Below are positions 1 to 9,057 of a stretch of DNA of 39,056 nucleotides, one piece after another. The first letter of the stretch is position 1; the number at the start of each line of letters is the position of its first letter. Source of the stretch: Bacteroidota bacterium (GTDB lineage: Bacteria; Bacteroidota; Bacteroidia; Bacteroidales; Marinilabiliaceae). The stretch lies in contig JBNJDH010000001.1 in NCBI GenBank assembly GCA_051744695.1, positions 1 through 39,056 on the forward strand, in the 5' to 3' direction. The position numbers and the translations under genes are program-made. The notes under the pieces are model-generated. The model worked only from the letters and a program-made list of their open reading frames with translations, made no database searches and had not been told where the DNA came from.

Positions 1-93
1 GATCCGGCTCATTATTATTTCCAGGATCTTTCACCCGAACAATATGAAGAAATGATCCACATCGCAAGCAACAGCAACCAAACATTTGATTGA
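1..93 (+). CDS. C-terminal fragment of a probable M23 family metallopeptidase (truncated by the window start)
   Basis: Frame 1 reads DPAHYYFQDLSPEQYEEMIHIASNSNQTFD*, resembling the C-terminus of the Bacteroidota M23 peptidase usually found upstream of this MerR gene. Confidence 0.7.
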   Translation, partial: DPAHYYFQDLSPEQYEEMIHIASNSNQTFD

Positions 94-128
94 CAGCAGA
101 ACTGATGGAAATTGGACTGTTTTAAAGA

Positions 129-264
129 CAATAGATCGTTAGATTATTAGATTTAAGATGTAAGATGACTCGTATGGCACTGAAAATTTACATTTTGACA
201 GACAGGAGAATTTAAATATTAACAATTTAATCAAAAGCTCTTGCAAAAGTTTAACGGACTATTG
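129..264 (+). mobile_element. MITE family A, copy 1 (136 bp)
   Basis: Ends CAATAGATCGTTAG...TTAACGGACTATTG form an imperfect 14-bp TIR. AAAGA flanks both sides (124-128, 265-269). Homologous to four other copies in the window. Confidence 0.85.
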
Positions 265-429
265 AAAGATCAACTCTTCAACAAACAAGAAAAAACATCA
301 TTTTGCAGGTCATTTGCTATTGCTTAAGATTTGCAGACCCCATAAAAAAGAATTAAAATTGTAATTGCTGTTCGCAAAATTTTGCAGGACAGCAATTCTT
401 GTTTTGTGGGACACTTAATTTCCGAAGCC

Positions 430-765
430 ATGCCATACAAAGAGCCAAAAATCGAAAAGCTATATTACTCCATTGGCGAGGTGGCCAAAATTTTTGATGT
501 CAACACTTCTCTCATTCGGTTCTGGGAAAAAGAATTCGACATTATCAGGCCGCACAAAAACAAAAAAGGGAACCGGCTCTTTACCCAAAAAGACATTGAT
601 CATTTTCACCTGATCTATCACCTCGTCAAAGAACGGGGCATGACCCTCAAGGGAGCCCAGAAAAAATTAAAAGAAAACAAAGACGAAACGCAAAATAATT
701 TTGAAGTTGTAAAGAGGCTTCAGGAAATCAGGCAGGTTCTGGTAGATATTAAAGAGACGCTTTAA
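430..765 (+). CDS. MerR family transcriptional regulator
   Basis: KLYYSIGEVAKIFDVNTSLIRFWEKEF is a MerR-type HTH. ATG at 430 preferred over TTG at 382. Confidence 0.9.
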   Translation: MPYKEPKIEKLYYSIGEVAKIFDVNTSLIRFWEKEFDIIRPHKNKKGNRLFTQKDIDHFHLIYHLVKERGMTLKGAQKKLKENKDETQNNFEVVKRLQEIRQVLVDIKETL

Positions 766-845
766 TACCCACCATCGTTTCATCAAAGTTTCCGCAGAAC
801 AATCTTCTCTTTTTCAAAACAGGGAAATAGAAAAATCAACTTACC

Positions 846-1949
846 ATGAGCCAACCATTGTTGAAGGATGTCATCAACGCCATAGAAGAATTTGCACCGA
901 AGGCTTTCCAGGAAGATTTTGACAACTCAGGGCTTCAGACCGGGCATCCCGACTCGGAAATTCAGGGGATTCTCATATCTCTTGATGTGACAGAAGCCGT
1001 TGTGGACGAAGCACTCGGAACAGGATCCAACCTCATTGTTGCTCACCACCCCGTAACACTTCAAGGGTTAAAAAAACTGACAGACCGGACCGAACCCGAA
1101 CGGGTGCTTATGAAAGCCATCAAAAATGATGTAGCGATCTATTCGGCCCATACAAGCATTGACACGGTCGCGAACGGTGTGAGCGGCAAACTGGCAGAAA
1201 AACTGGGCCTTACCGATGTAACAGTCCTTCAACCACGCAAAAGACTTCTCGAAAAACTGGTCACCTTCGTCCCCACCGATCATGCCGAAAAAATCAGGGA
1301 GGCCATTTTTGCAGCAGGCGCAGGTGTTATCGGTGAGTACGACGGATGCAGCTACAACCTTCAGGGACGTGGTTCTTTCAGACCCGGAGAAGACACCAAT
1401 CCTTATGTGGGGGAAAAAGGAAAGCTCCATTATGAAGCGGAAGAACGCATCGAGACCATAATGCCTTCACATTTGCGAAACCAGGTGCTTCAGGCCCTGT
1501 TTGCGGCCCATCCGTACGAGGAGGTTGCATATGACATCTATCCCCTGGAAAATGCCTGGCCACAAACCGGATTCGGCTCGATAGGGAAGCTCCCGGCACC
1601 GATGAAAGAAAAAGAAATGCTGGACCATCTCAAAAAAATAACAGGAACCCCCTGTATCAGACACACGGCTCTGAACGGAAAACCCGTTAACACTGTAGCG
1701 GTTTGCGGCGGATCGGGCAGTTTTCTTTTGCAAAAAGCCATTAATGCAAGAGCAGACGTTTTTGTGAGCGCTGACTTCAAATATCACCAATTTGCCGAAG
1801 CAGATGATAAAATTGTTATCGCCGACATCGGACATTATGAAAGTGAACAATTTACTAAAGAAGTTTTTTTTGAGCTACTTACAAAAAAATTCCCTAATTT
1901 TGCAGTCCGTTTGTCGAATGTATCTACCAATCCCGTAAAATATTATTGA
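846..1949 (+). CDS. Nif3-like dinuclear metal centre hexameric protein (YbgI/YqfO type, with PII-like insert)
   Basis: Motifs DNSGLQ, AHHP, HTSID, HPYEEVAYD, GGSGSF, GHYESE. Confidence 0.93.
   Translation: MSQPLLKDVINAIEEFAPKAFQEDFDNSGLQTGHPDSEIQGILISLDVTEAVVDEALGTGSNLIVAHHPVTLQGLKKLTDRTEPERVLMKAIKNDVAIYSAHTSIDTVANGVSGKLAEKLGLTDVTVLQPRKRLLEKLVTFVPTDHAEKIREAIFAAGAGVIGEYDGCSYNLQGRGSFRPGEDTNPYVGEKGKLHYEAEERIETIMPSHLRNQVLQALFAAHPYEEVAYDIYPLENAWPQTGFGSIGKLPAPMKEKEMLDHLKKITGTPCIRHTALNGKPVNTVAVCGGSGSFLLQKAINARADVFVSADFKYHQFAEADDKIVIADIGHYESEQFTKEVFFELLTKKFPNFAVRLSNVSTNPVKYY
1895..1902 (+). promoter_or_regulatory. Candidate Bacteroidota -7 promoter box inside the Nif3 3' end
   Basis: TAATTTTG matches TAnnTTTG, about 50 bp upstream of the zinc-ribbon gene ATG. 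Confidence 0.5.
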
Positions 1950-1953
1950 CAGA

Positions 1954-2706
1954 ATGACAAAGAAGGAGACACAAACCAATACCGGGGAAAAAAGCGTGGA
2001 AGAGAGATTGCGCGCTCTGTACAACCTCCAGAAAGTAATGACAGAAATTGACAAACTTCGCACCTTACGCGGAGAATTGCCGCTGGAAGTACAGGACCTT
2101 GAAGATGAAGTAGAAGGGTTGGAAACCCGCATCAACAACTTGAATGCGGAGATCAAAGACCTGAACAACAGCATCCAGGAAAAGAAAAACGGCATTAAGG
2201 AAGCCGACATGCTCATCAAGAAATATGAGTCTCAACAGTCCAATGTCCGAAATAACCGCGAATTCGAATCTCTTAATAAAGAGATAGAATACCAGAACCT
2301 TGAAAAGGAACTCTGCAAAAAGCGGATCAAAGAGTTTGAATCGGAAATGAATGCCAAACAAGAAGCGATTTCAAACTCTCAGGCTTTACTGGAAGAAAGG
2401 AAATCTGACCTGGAAGCCAAAAGAAAAGAACTGGACAATATCGTTTCTGAAACCCAGGACGATGAGGAAAAGCTGAAACAAAAGGCAAAAGATACTGAAA
2501 AGGATATCGACGACCGACTTCTTACGGCTTTTAAACGGATTCGCAAAAACGCCCGCAACGGACTGGCCGTGGTAACGGTTGAACGTGATGCCTGTGGTGG
2601 TTGTTTCAACAAAATTCCGCCCCAGCGTCAACTCGATATCCAGTCGCGCAAAAAAGTGATCGTTTGCGAATATTGTGGCCGCATTCTTGTAGATAGTGAG
2701 CTTTGA
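1954..2706 (+). CDS. Coiled-coil protein with C4-type zinc ribbon (DUF164/CT398-like)
   Basis: Long heptad-rich coiled coil followed by CGGC...CEYCGRIL; usual partner of Nif3. Confidence 0.9.
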   Translation: MTKKETQTNTGEKSVEERLRALYNLQKVMTEIDKLRTLRGELPLEVQDLEDEVEGLETRINNLNAEIKDLNNSIQEKKNGIKEADMLIKKYESQQSNVRNNREFESLNKEIEYQNLEKELCKKRIKEFESEMNAKQEAISNSQALLEERKSDLEAKRKELDNIVSETQDDEEKLKQKAKDTEKDIDDRLLTAFKRIRKNARNGLAVVTVERDACGGCFNKIPPQRQLDIQSRKKVIVCEYCGRILVDSEL

Positions 2707-2745
2707 AACTGGAATTTCTCTCGGATTCAGAATAGAATTTTCCAT

Positions 2746-2790
2746 AAAACGAGCATGCAGATTTTGACCGAAAACCTGTATGCTCGTTTT
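2746..2790. terminator. Probable bidirectional intrinsic terminator
   Basis: AAAACGAGCATGCAGATTTT-GACCG-AAAACCTGTATGCTCGTTTT gives a 20-bp stem with 2 mismatches, 40 bp after the zinc-ribbon stop, in a convergent interval. Confidence 0.7.
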
Positions 2791-3115
2791 TCATGATCGA
2801 CCTCGACCCAATGTCCCGGGATTAATAAGGACTGCTGAAAATTGCATATAAATTTAGATTTAAACCGTTTACCGCTGTTGTTTTTCATGCCCAGGCGCAG
2901 GGGAACTGGCCAAAAAATGGAAGCAACCTTACATCAGGAAAGCCCGCTTCACCCTGTACAATAGATGGTAAGAAGATTTTTTTTAAGAGTGTGGAATTAT
3001 TTCACAGGGTAAAGTGGACTGAAAGCTGAAAGAGGCTTTTGTGGTTATTAAAAAACACCCAACTGAAGCTGGGTGATTTTACTAAAGAAAGAGCTGTTTG
3101 AAATATCCAGAATTA

Positions 3116-3247
3116 TTAAACAAGGGGGGCGGAGTGTTTCGTGAATTGCGGCATAGCATCAAACTCCCAGCCGTCTTTCCCCATAAATTGCAACGAACTG
3201 ACTTTTTCAGCAGCACCTTGTTGGTCCCTGAAAAATTCATCGAAAAA
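3116..3247 (-). pseudogene. Possible eroded remnant of a small Bacteroidota protein
   Basis: Startless frame FFDEFFRDQQGAAEKVSSLQFMGKDGWEFDAM... The FMGKDGWEF segment recalls LNxMGxxGWEF-type motifs (DUF4177-like). Recognised from memory only. Confidence 0.3.
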
Positions 3248-3294
3248 TCATCCAATGGCTAAGCTAAGTCCGGCTTAAGTGAACGAGAGTGATT

Positions 3295-4110
3295 TTACCA
3301 GCTTCCTCCGGCACCACCGCCGCCGAAACCGCCGCCGCCGAAGCCACCAAAGCCGCCGCCGGCACCGCCGCCAACGCCACCGAATGAACCAGTCCCGGAG
3401 GAAAAACTGCCCCAGCTTCCGGAATGACGACCGCCACCTCCCATCATCATGGTCAGCAACATCCAGAAGGAAAGATTGTGCCCCATAGAGTTTTGGCGGG
3501 TCTTCTTCCCACGAAGAGAAGTTAAAAATATGATCAGGAGAAATACGATAATGCCTATGGCTCCCGAACGACTTCCGGACGACTGAGTCTTCTCCTTATA
3601 TCCTTCGGCCGTATAAGTTCCCCGGGTAAGATCCATCAAAACCGAAACCCCGGCGGCAATACCATTGGCATAATCGTTTTCTTTGAACCGGGGGATCATT
3701 TCGTTGTCTACAATCCGATTGGCAATGGCATCGGGAACTGTTCCCTCCAAACCATAACCCGTGGCAATAAATGCCTGACCATCCTGATCGTTGGTTTTGG
3801 GTTGCACAAGAACCAAAGCCCCATTGTCCTTATCACTTTGTCCGATGCCCCACTCTTCTGCAAGGCGAAAGGCATAATCACCGGCATCGTATCCGCCCAG
3901 ATCCGAAATCGTCACAACAGCAATCTGGGTGCTGGTCTCACGGGCAAATTTGACCAGTTCACGTTCCAATTGTTCTTCTGCTCCCTGGTCCACAACACCG
4001 GCCATGTCGTTTACTAATCTCGGAGGATCAGGCCTTTCGGGCAGCTTTTGTCCCAAAGCGGACATAATCGAGAAAAACAAAAGTATATTCAGAAGATAAA
4101 TTCGTATCAT
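3295..4110 (-). CDS. TPM domain protein (YgcG-like) with TM helix and Gly-rich tail
   Basis: RLVND, QIAVVT, WGIG..DNG, TGYGLEG.VPD; ends GGFGGGGAGGSW. Confidence 0.92.
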   Translation of the reverse strand: MIRIYLLNILLFFSIMSALGQKLPERPDPPRLVNDMAGVVDQGAEEQLERELVKFARETSTQIAVVTISDLGGYDAGDYAFRLAEEWGIGQSDKDNGALVLVQPKTNDQDGQAFIATGYGLEGTVPDAIANRIVDNEMIPRFKENDYANGIAAGVSVLMDLTRGTYTAEGYKEKTQSSGSRSGAIGIIVFLLIIFLTSLRGKKTRQNSMGHNLSFWMLLTMMMGGGGRHSGSWGSFSSGTGSFGGVGGGAGGGFGGFGGGGFGGGGAGGSW

Positions 4111-4221
4111 AAAAATTCTTGTTTGTTATCCGGAATAAATTCCATCCGGGAGATATTGAAGTATTATTTTGCCAGTTCCAACCCGGAAGATTCAGAAACT
4201 GCCAGGTACTGAAAGACCGGT

Positions 4222-4659
4222 CTATTGTTTACCAAAAGAAATATCATCAGACAATTCATTGACATCATCACTCTGATAAGGGAAATGTTTTTTCAATTGT
4301 TCCCCGCTCATCAAAATGCCCTCGGAGATTCCACGGGTGAATTCTCCTTCTTTAAAATGGCCGGCCATGGTATCCTTTATATTGTCCCAAAAACCTTCGG
4401 GAACCACAGCATTGATCCCGGCATCGCCGATAATGGCAAATTTGTGGTCTTTCAGGGCAAGATAAAACAACACACCGTTCCTTTTTTCAGTCTTGTGCAT
4501 TTTAAGTTTCCGGAACCAAAAAGCGGCCCTGTCCAATACATCTTCGGGGCATTTTTTTTCAATATGCACCCGTATTTCGCCCGATGTATTCAGCTCGGCC
4601 TCTTTAATTGCGTCTGTAATCTGCTTTCTCTCTTCTTTTGTAAAAAGATCTTTAGCCAT
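4222..4659 (-). CDS. Short TPM domain protein
   Basis: AELNTSGEIRVHIE, RNGVLFY, GDAGIN, NELSDDIS; typical member of the lemA-TPM-TPM operon. Confidence 0.9.
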   Translation of the reverse strand: MAKDLFTKEERKQITDAIKEAELNTSGEIRVHIEKKCPEDVLDRAAFWFRKLKMHKTEKRNGVLFYLALKDHKFAIIGDAGINAVVPEGFWDNIKDTMAGHFKEGEFTRGISEGILMSGEQLKKHFPYQSDDVNELSDDISFGKQ

Positions 4660-4670
4660 AACGATTTCTA

Positions 4671-5258
4671 TTAAAATTCCACCTCGGGCACCTCATCTGC
4701 CCCTTCGTCCGATTCAAAATAGGGTTTGCTTTCAAAACCAAACATTCCGGCTATAAAATTCCTTGGGAACTTCTTGATGTAGGTGTTATATTGGCGGGTG
4801 GCTTCATTGAATTTTCGCCGTTCCACCGCAATCCGGTTTTCCGTCCCCTCGAGCTGAGCCTGAAGGTCCCTGAAATTTTGATTGGCTTTTAAATCCGGAT
4901 ATCGCTCCATAACCATCATCAATCTCGAAAGGGATGAAGAAAGCCCTTCCTGTGCTTCTTCAAATTTCTGAAGATTTTCTTCATTCAACTCATCGGCAGA
5001 AATATTGATACTGGTGGCTTTCGACCGGGCTTCCACGACAGACTCCAGGGTTTCCTGCTCATGGTCGGCATATCCTTTGACCGTATTCACAAGATTGGGA
5101 ACCAGATCAGCGCGGCGTTGATAGACATTTTCGACCTGTGCCCATGTGGCATCGATATTTTCTTCCAGTTCCACCATTCTGTTGTAACCACAACTCGAAA
5201 GCAGGGGAACAATCAACAAAGCTAAAAGAGTGTATTTCAAATGTTTCATATTTCTCAT
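4671..5258 (-). CDS. lemA: LemA family protein (lipoprotein-like N-terminus)
   Basis: LSSCGYN lipobox-like; YQRRADLVPNLV, YPDLKANQNF, LEGTENRIAVER. The true start may be 5249. Confidence 0.93.
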   Translation of the reverse strand: MRNMKHLKYTLLALLIVPLLSSCGYNRMVELEENIDATWAQVENVYQRRADLVPNLVNTVKGYADHEQETLESVVEARSKATSINISADELNEENLQKFEEAQEGLSSSLSRLMMVMERYPDLKANQNFRDLQAQLEGTENRIAVERRKFNEATRQYNTYIKKFPRNFIAGMFGFESKPYFESDEGADEVPEVEF

Positions 5259-5303
5259 AAATTAAAAGTCTTTCAATCCAAAATTGCGTATAGTTCCTTC
5301 AAA

Positions 5304-5457
5304 CAATAGTCCGTTAAACTTTTACAACAACCTTTGAATCAACTGTTTATACCATAATGGTTTTTTGTCAAAATGCAGATTTTCAGCATTATATGATTTA
5401 TCTTACCTGCCTGCCGTCAGGCAGGAATCTGATATCTAAAAATCTAACGATCTATTG
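5304..5457 (-). mobile_element. MITE family A, copy 2 (154 bp, carries the 20-bp palindrome)
   Basis: CAATAGTCCGTTAA...CTAACGATCTATTG; 6-bp duplication TTCAAA at 5298-5303 and 5458-5463. Confidence 0.9.
5406..5425 (-). repeat. 20-bp palindrome inside MITE copy 2
   Basis: CCTGCCTG-CCGT-CAGGCAGG, the exact reverse complement of 8868-8887. Confidence 0.9.
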
Positions 5458-5474
5458 TTCAAAATTAGTTCCAT

Positions 5475-6941
5475 TCATTGGTTTTTTGCCAAACTGTCAC
5501 GGTTTTTTTTCGAGAGAATCCAGAGGCCAAGGAAAGCCATGGCACCATTAAGCATTAACTTTTCATACCCCATGGTGAATCCGAACCACGCCTCAGCATT
5601 AAAATCTAGAATCCCTGTAAAAACCGGCGTAGCCACTGCCACCAGAGGCACCAGCCGATCTATGACCCGGCGCCGGGTAAACAAACCAAAGGCATAAAAT
5701 CCAAGTAAAGGTCCATAGGTATACCCCGCAAGTGTATAAACCGTATCAATAATGCTGTCCTGTCCTAGAACCCGAAAAACAATGATCACCAACCCGACAA
5801 TGACGGCAAATGCAAGGTGTACCATCATCCGGATCTTTTGCGACCGCTTTTCCGAATGCTTGCTGATGTCCAACACATCCACAGAAAAAGAGGTGGTCAG
5901 GGATGTGAGCGCCGAATCGGCACTGGAAAAAGCAGCCCCCATCAATCCAAGGAAAAAAAGGACCCCTACCGGCCATGGCAAATAGTCACCGGTGGCGACA
6001 ACAGGATAGATGTCATCGGCCCTTTCGGGGATTTCAATTCCCTCTTGTTTCATAAAAAGGATCAGCACCACACCCAGCGAAAGGAATAAAAAATTGACAG
6101 GAATAAAGGCAAATCCATACGAGAGCACATTTTTCCGGGCTTCTTTCAGATTCCTGCAACTCAGATTTTTTTGCATCATATCCTGGTCGAGCCCGGTCAT
6201 CACGATGGTAATAAATATTCCTGACAAAAACTGTTTGGAAAAATGCTGCGGCGATTTCCAGTCTTCAAACTCGAATACATGAAAAAACCGGCTGTTTCCT
6301 ATTTCCTGAACAAGTCCTGAAAAAGAAAGATCTAGCTCGCGACCGATATAAAAAACAGTAACGGCAGCCGCAACCAAAAAAAGAATGGTTTGAAGGGCAT
6401 CGGTCCATATTATGGTTTTGATCCCCCCGCGAAAAGTATAAAGCCAGATCAGTCCTATCAATATCACCACTGAGAGGCCAAAAGAGATGCCCACCTGACT
6501 GAACAGAGAAATATGAAGAACGACAGCCATAAGGTATAGCCGCGCAGCTGCCCCCACCACTTTGCTGGCAATAAACAAAAATGCACCTGAACGATACGAG
6601 CCGTTTCCAAACCGGCCCTGAAGATACGTATAAATGGATGTGAGATTCAACTTGTAATAAAGTGGCAATAAGACAAAAGCAATGACGATATACCCCACAA
6701 AAAACCCGGCTGCCATCTGCATATAAGTAAAGCCGACGGAAGTGACGTAACCCGGGACAGAAACAAAAGTCACGCCCGATAGTGATGCCCCCACCATACC
6801 AATGGCCACAACCATCCAGGGAGATCTCCGGTTCCCCAGGAAAAAACTGAAATTATTGGCATGCCGGGATGTAACCAGCGACACCCCGATCAAAACCAGA
6901 AAGTAGGTTCCTATTAGTGCCAGTATCAATAAAGGGTCCAT
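5475..6941 (-). CDS. Sodium:solute symporter family transporter
   Basis: FFLGNRRSPW, GASLSGVTFVSVPG, GGIKTIIWTD, GLDQDMMQKNLSC, AAFSSADSAL; multiple TM helices. ATG at 6941 (MDPLL) chosen as start. Confidence 0.92.
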   Translation of the reverse strand: MDPLLILALIGTYFLVLIGVSLVTSRHANNFSFFLGNRRSPWMVVAIGMVGASLSGVTFVSVPGYVTSVGFTYMQMAAGFFVGYIVIAFVLLPLYYKLNLTSIYTYLQGRFGNGSYRSGAFLFIASKVVGAAARLYLMAVVLHISLFSQVGISFGLSVVILIGLIWLYTFRGGIKTIIWTDALQTILFLVAAAVTVFYIGRELDLSFSGLVQEIGNSRFFHVFEFEDWKSPQHFSKQFLSGIFITIVMTGLDQDMMQKNLSCRNLKEARKNVLSYGFAFIPVNFLFLSLGVVLILFMKQEGIEIPERADDIYPVVATGDYLPWPVGVLFFLGLMGAAFSSADSALTSLTTSFSVDVLDISKHSEKRSQKIRMMVHLAFAVIVGLVIIVFRVLGQDSIIDTVYTLAGYTYGPLLGFYAFGLFTRRRVIDRLVPLVAVATPVFTGILDFNAEAWFGFTMGYEKLMLNGAMAFLGLWILSKKNRDSLAKNQ

Positions 6942-7029
6942 TGACAATGCTTTTTTCCGGATTACAAATGAAGAGATTTTTCTCGAACTGACCATTCCCG
7001 GCCATGAATATTGGTGATGTACCTGTAAA

Positions 7030-7165
7030 TAATAGTCCGTTAAAATTTTGTAATGCCTTGTAATTCAATTGTTTAAAATCACGGCGTTTATCAGGTTAAA
7101 TCACAGTATATCAGCGTTATACGACTCATCTTAAATCTTATATCTAAAAATCTAAAGTTCTATTG
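7030..7165 (-). mobile_element. MITE family A, copy 3 (136 bp)
   Basis: TAATAGTCCGTTAA...CTAAAGTTCTATTG; 6-bp duplication TGTAAA at 7024-7029 and 7166-7171. Confidence 0.9.
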
Positions 7166-7251
7166 TGTAAAATACCTCAGCAAGAGCTAACCGAAAATCA
7201 TATTTATAGTTCATCTTGCACAGGTCAAATGGGGACGCCTATTTATTTTAT

Positions 7252-7259
7252 TAACTTTG
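7252..7259 (+). promoter_or_regulatory. Bacteroidota -7 promoter box for recR
   Basis: TAACTTTG 22 bp upstream of the ATG. Confidence 0.7.
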
Positions 7260-7281
7260 CCCCTTCAAAATCAGAAACAAG

Positions 7282-7902
7282 ATGAGCGATTTACAATTCC
7301 CGTCAAAAATACTGGAAAACGCCGTCAATGAATTCTCGCGACTGCCGGGTATCGGAAAAAAAAGTGCGCTGCGCCTGGTGCTTCATCTTCTTAAGCAGGA
7401 AAAAGACTCGGTGTATCGCTTTGCTGATGCCCTGACAACGCTTGTGGATGAAATCAAATACTGTAAAAGCTGTTACAATATTTCCGACAGTGACCTTTGC
7501 TCCATTTGTGCAGATCCACGCCGGGACCATGGAACAATCTGCGTGGTGGAGAACATCCGCGATGTCATGGCCATAGAGAACACACATCAATACCAGGGAA
7601 TATATCACGTATTGGGAGGTTTGATCTCCCCAATGGACGGAACCGGCCCCGATGATCTGACCATCGACCCTTTGGAGAAAAAACTTAAAGAAGAGAAAGT
7701 CAATGAGATCATCTTCGCTTTAAGCACAACCATGGAAGGCGACACCACCAATTTTTATCTTTACCGGAAATTCCGTAACTATCCGGTCAAATTCACCACC
7801 ATTGCCCGGGGGATTGCCATCGGAGACGAACTGGAATACGCTGATGAAGCAACCCTGGGCCGATCCTTAATGGACCGGCAACCTTTCAACAGCGAAACCT
7901 GA
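7282..7902 (+). CDS. recR: Recombination mediator RecR
   Basis: [12 protein letters not shown] HhH; C4 zinc finger CKSC...CSIC; Toprim [24 protein letters not shown]. Confidence 0.97.
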   Translation: MSDLQFPSKILENAVNEFSRLPGIGKKSALRLVLHLLKQEKDSVYRFADALTTLVDEIKYCKSCYNISDSDLCSICADPRRDHGTICVVENIRDVMAIENTHQYQGIYHVLGGLISPMDGTGPDDLTIDPLEKKLKEEKVNEIIFALSTTMEGDTTNFYLYRKFRNYPVKFTTIARGIAIGDELEYADEATLGRSLMDRQPFNSET

Positions 7903-7917
7903 ATAACTTGAACCAAC

Positions 7918-8382
7918 ATGGAAAAAGACAAAAAAGAAAAAACTTTTAGCCAGATCATCTCCACTTTTTGGGGGCTTTTCGGCGCAATGATTGTCATGCT
8001 TGGCATTGCCCTTTGGATTGTCAAAGATGCCGGTCCCGTCATCGAATGGAACCTGACCCAGCGGGAAAACCTTAAATCCATCATACTGATTCTTGCTTTG
8101 GCAGGAATACCGGCCAGTCACTTTTTTCACAGCAGAAAGACCAGGCTAATAGATCCAGAACTATCTGTTTACGAAAAACTTATCCAGTACAAAAACAGCT
8201 TTTTTGTTAAGATTGCCACCATGGAGGCGTTAGCCGTTCTTGGCCTTTTGGGATACATGGTCTCGGCCGATACAACATTTCTTTATGTATTTGCGTTACT
8301 GCTTTTGGCTTTCCTGATCAACCGTCCCGGCAGAAACAGCATTATGCGGGAGTTGGAACCCGAAGAAGAAAAACATGAATAA
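7918..8382 (+). CDS. Hypothetical membrane protein (about 4 TM helices)
   Basis: 154-aa ORF with four hydrophobic segments, tightly spaced between recR and the HAD gene. Confidence 0.75.
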   Translation: MEKDKKEKTFSQIISTFWGLFGAMIVMLGIALWIVKDAGPVIEWNLTQRENLKSIILILALAGIPASHFFHSRKTRLIDPELSVYEKLIQYKNSFFVKIATMEALAVLGLLGYMVSADTTFLYVFALLLLAFLINRPGRNSIMRELEPEEEKHE

Positions 8383-8395
8383 ACACCTCTGAATT

Positions 8396-8830
8396 ATGGT
8401 TATTGCAGTTGATTTTGACGGCACCATCGTAGAACACCGATATCCCGACATCGGAAAAGAGAAACTGTTTGCTTTCGAGACCCTGAAGGCGTTACAGGAT
8501 CAAGGGCATTTGTTGATTTTATGGACCTTCAGAACCGGCAAGGAGCTGGAGGAAGCCGTGGATTTCTGCCTCCGCAACGGATTGGAATTCTACGCAGTCA
8601 ACAAAAGCTATCCCGAGGAAGAATTTGACGGGACAATGAGTCGCAAGATCAGTGCGGATGTTTTTGTTGACGACAGAAATGTTGGCGGATTCCCTGGCTG
8701 GGGTGAAATCTATCAAATGTTAAGCCTGGAAGTACCTGAAAAAGAGCGCACATTATTTATGCAGAAATATCAAAAAGCCGAACGGAAAACCTTTTGCGGT
8801 TTTATGAAATGGCTTTTTTGCAGGGAATAG
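8396..8830 (+). CDS. HAD-type phosphatase (BT0820-like)
   Basis: IAVDFDGTIV (DxDGT), ILWTFR, RKISADVFVDDRN. Confidence 0.88.
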   Translation: MVIAVDFDGTIVEHRYPDIGKEKLFAFETLKALQDQGHLLILWTFRTGKELEEAVDFCLRNGLEFYAVNKSYPEEEFDGTMSRKISADVFVDDRNVGGFPGWGEIYQMLSLEVPEKERTLFMQKYQKAERKTFCGFMKWLFCRE

Positions 8831-8835
8831 AGAAT

Positions 8836-8991
8836 CAATAGACCATTAGATTTTTAGATATTCCATTCCTGCCTGACGGCAGGCAGGTAAAACGAATCGT
8901 ATAGTACTGATATACTGTGATTTAACACGGAAAACCTCAAAAGATTAAACAACTGAATTACAAAGCATTGAAAAAGTTTAACAGACTATTG
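8836..8991 (+). mobile_element. MITE family A, copy 4 (156 bp = 136 + 20-bp palindrome)
   Basis: CAATAGACCATTAG...TTAACAGACTATTG; 6-bp duplication GAGAAT at 8830-8835 and 8992-8997. Confidence 0.9.
8868..8887 (+). repeat. 20-bp palindrome inside MITE copy 4
   Basis: CCTGCCTG-ACGG-CAGGCAGG: 8-bp perfect stem with a 4-nt loop. Confidence 0.9.
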
Positions 8992-9057
8992 GAGAATAAA
9001 ACAGACTTTTTTTCGTTAAATTAAATGATGTTATGTAATTTTATAAATCATTAAAAA

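Noticed and set aside
129-170. AGATnnTT tandem repeats and the recurring 136-bp units as a possible CRISPR array
   Set aside because: Units are dispersed, occur in both orientations and have TIRs and target duplications. There is no repeat-spacer periodicity and no cas gene.
2959-2985. CAATAGATGGTAAGA as a sixth MITE end
   Set aside because: Only a partial match, with no partner CTATTG end about 136 bp away and no interior homology.
3279-3488. Arg-rich 69-aa ORF on the + strand
   Set aside because: Shadow of the GGC-rich Gly tail of the TPM gene on the opposite strand.
5357-5551. Short ORF crossing MITE copy 2 (CLPSGR)
   Set aside because: Starts inside the MITE, is not preserved in other copies and overlaps the symporter antisense.
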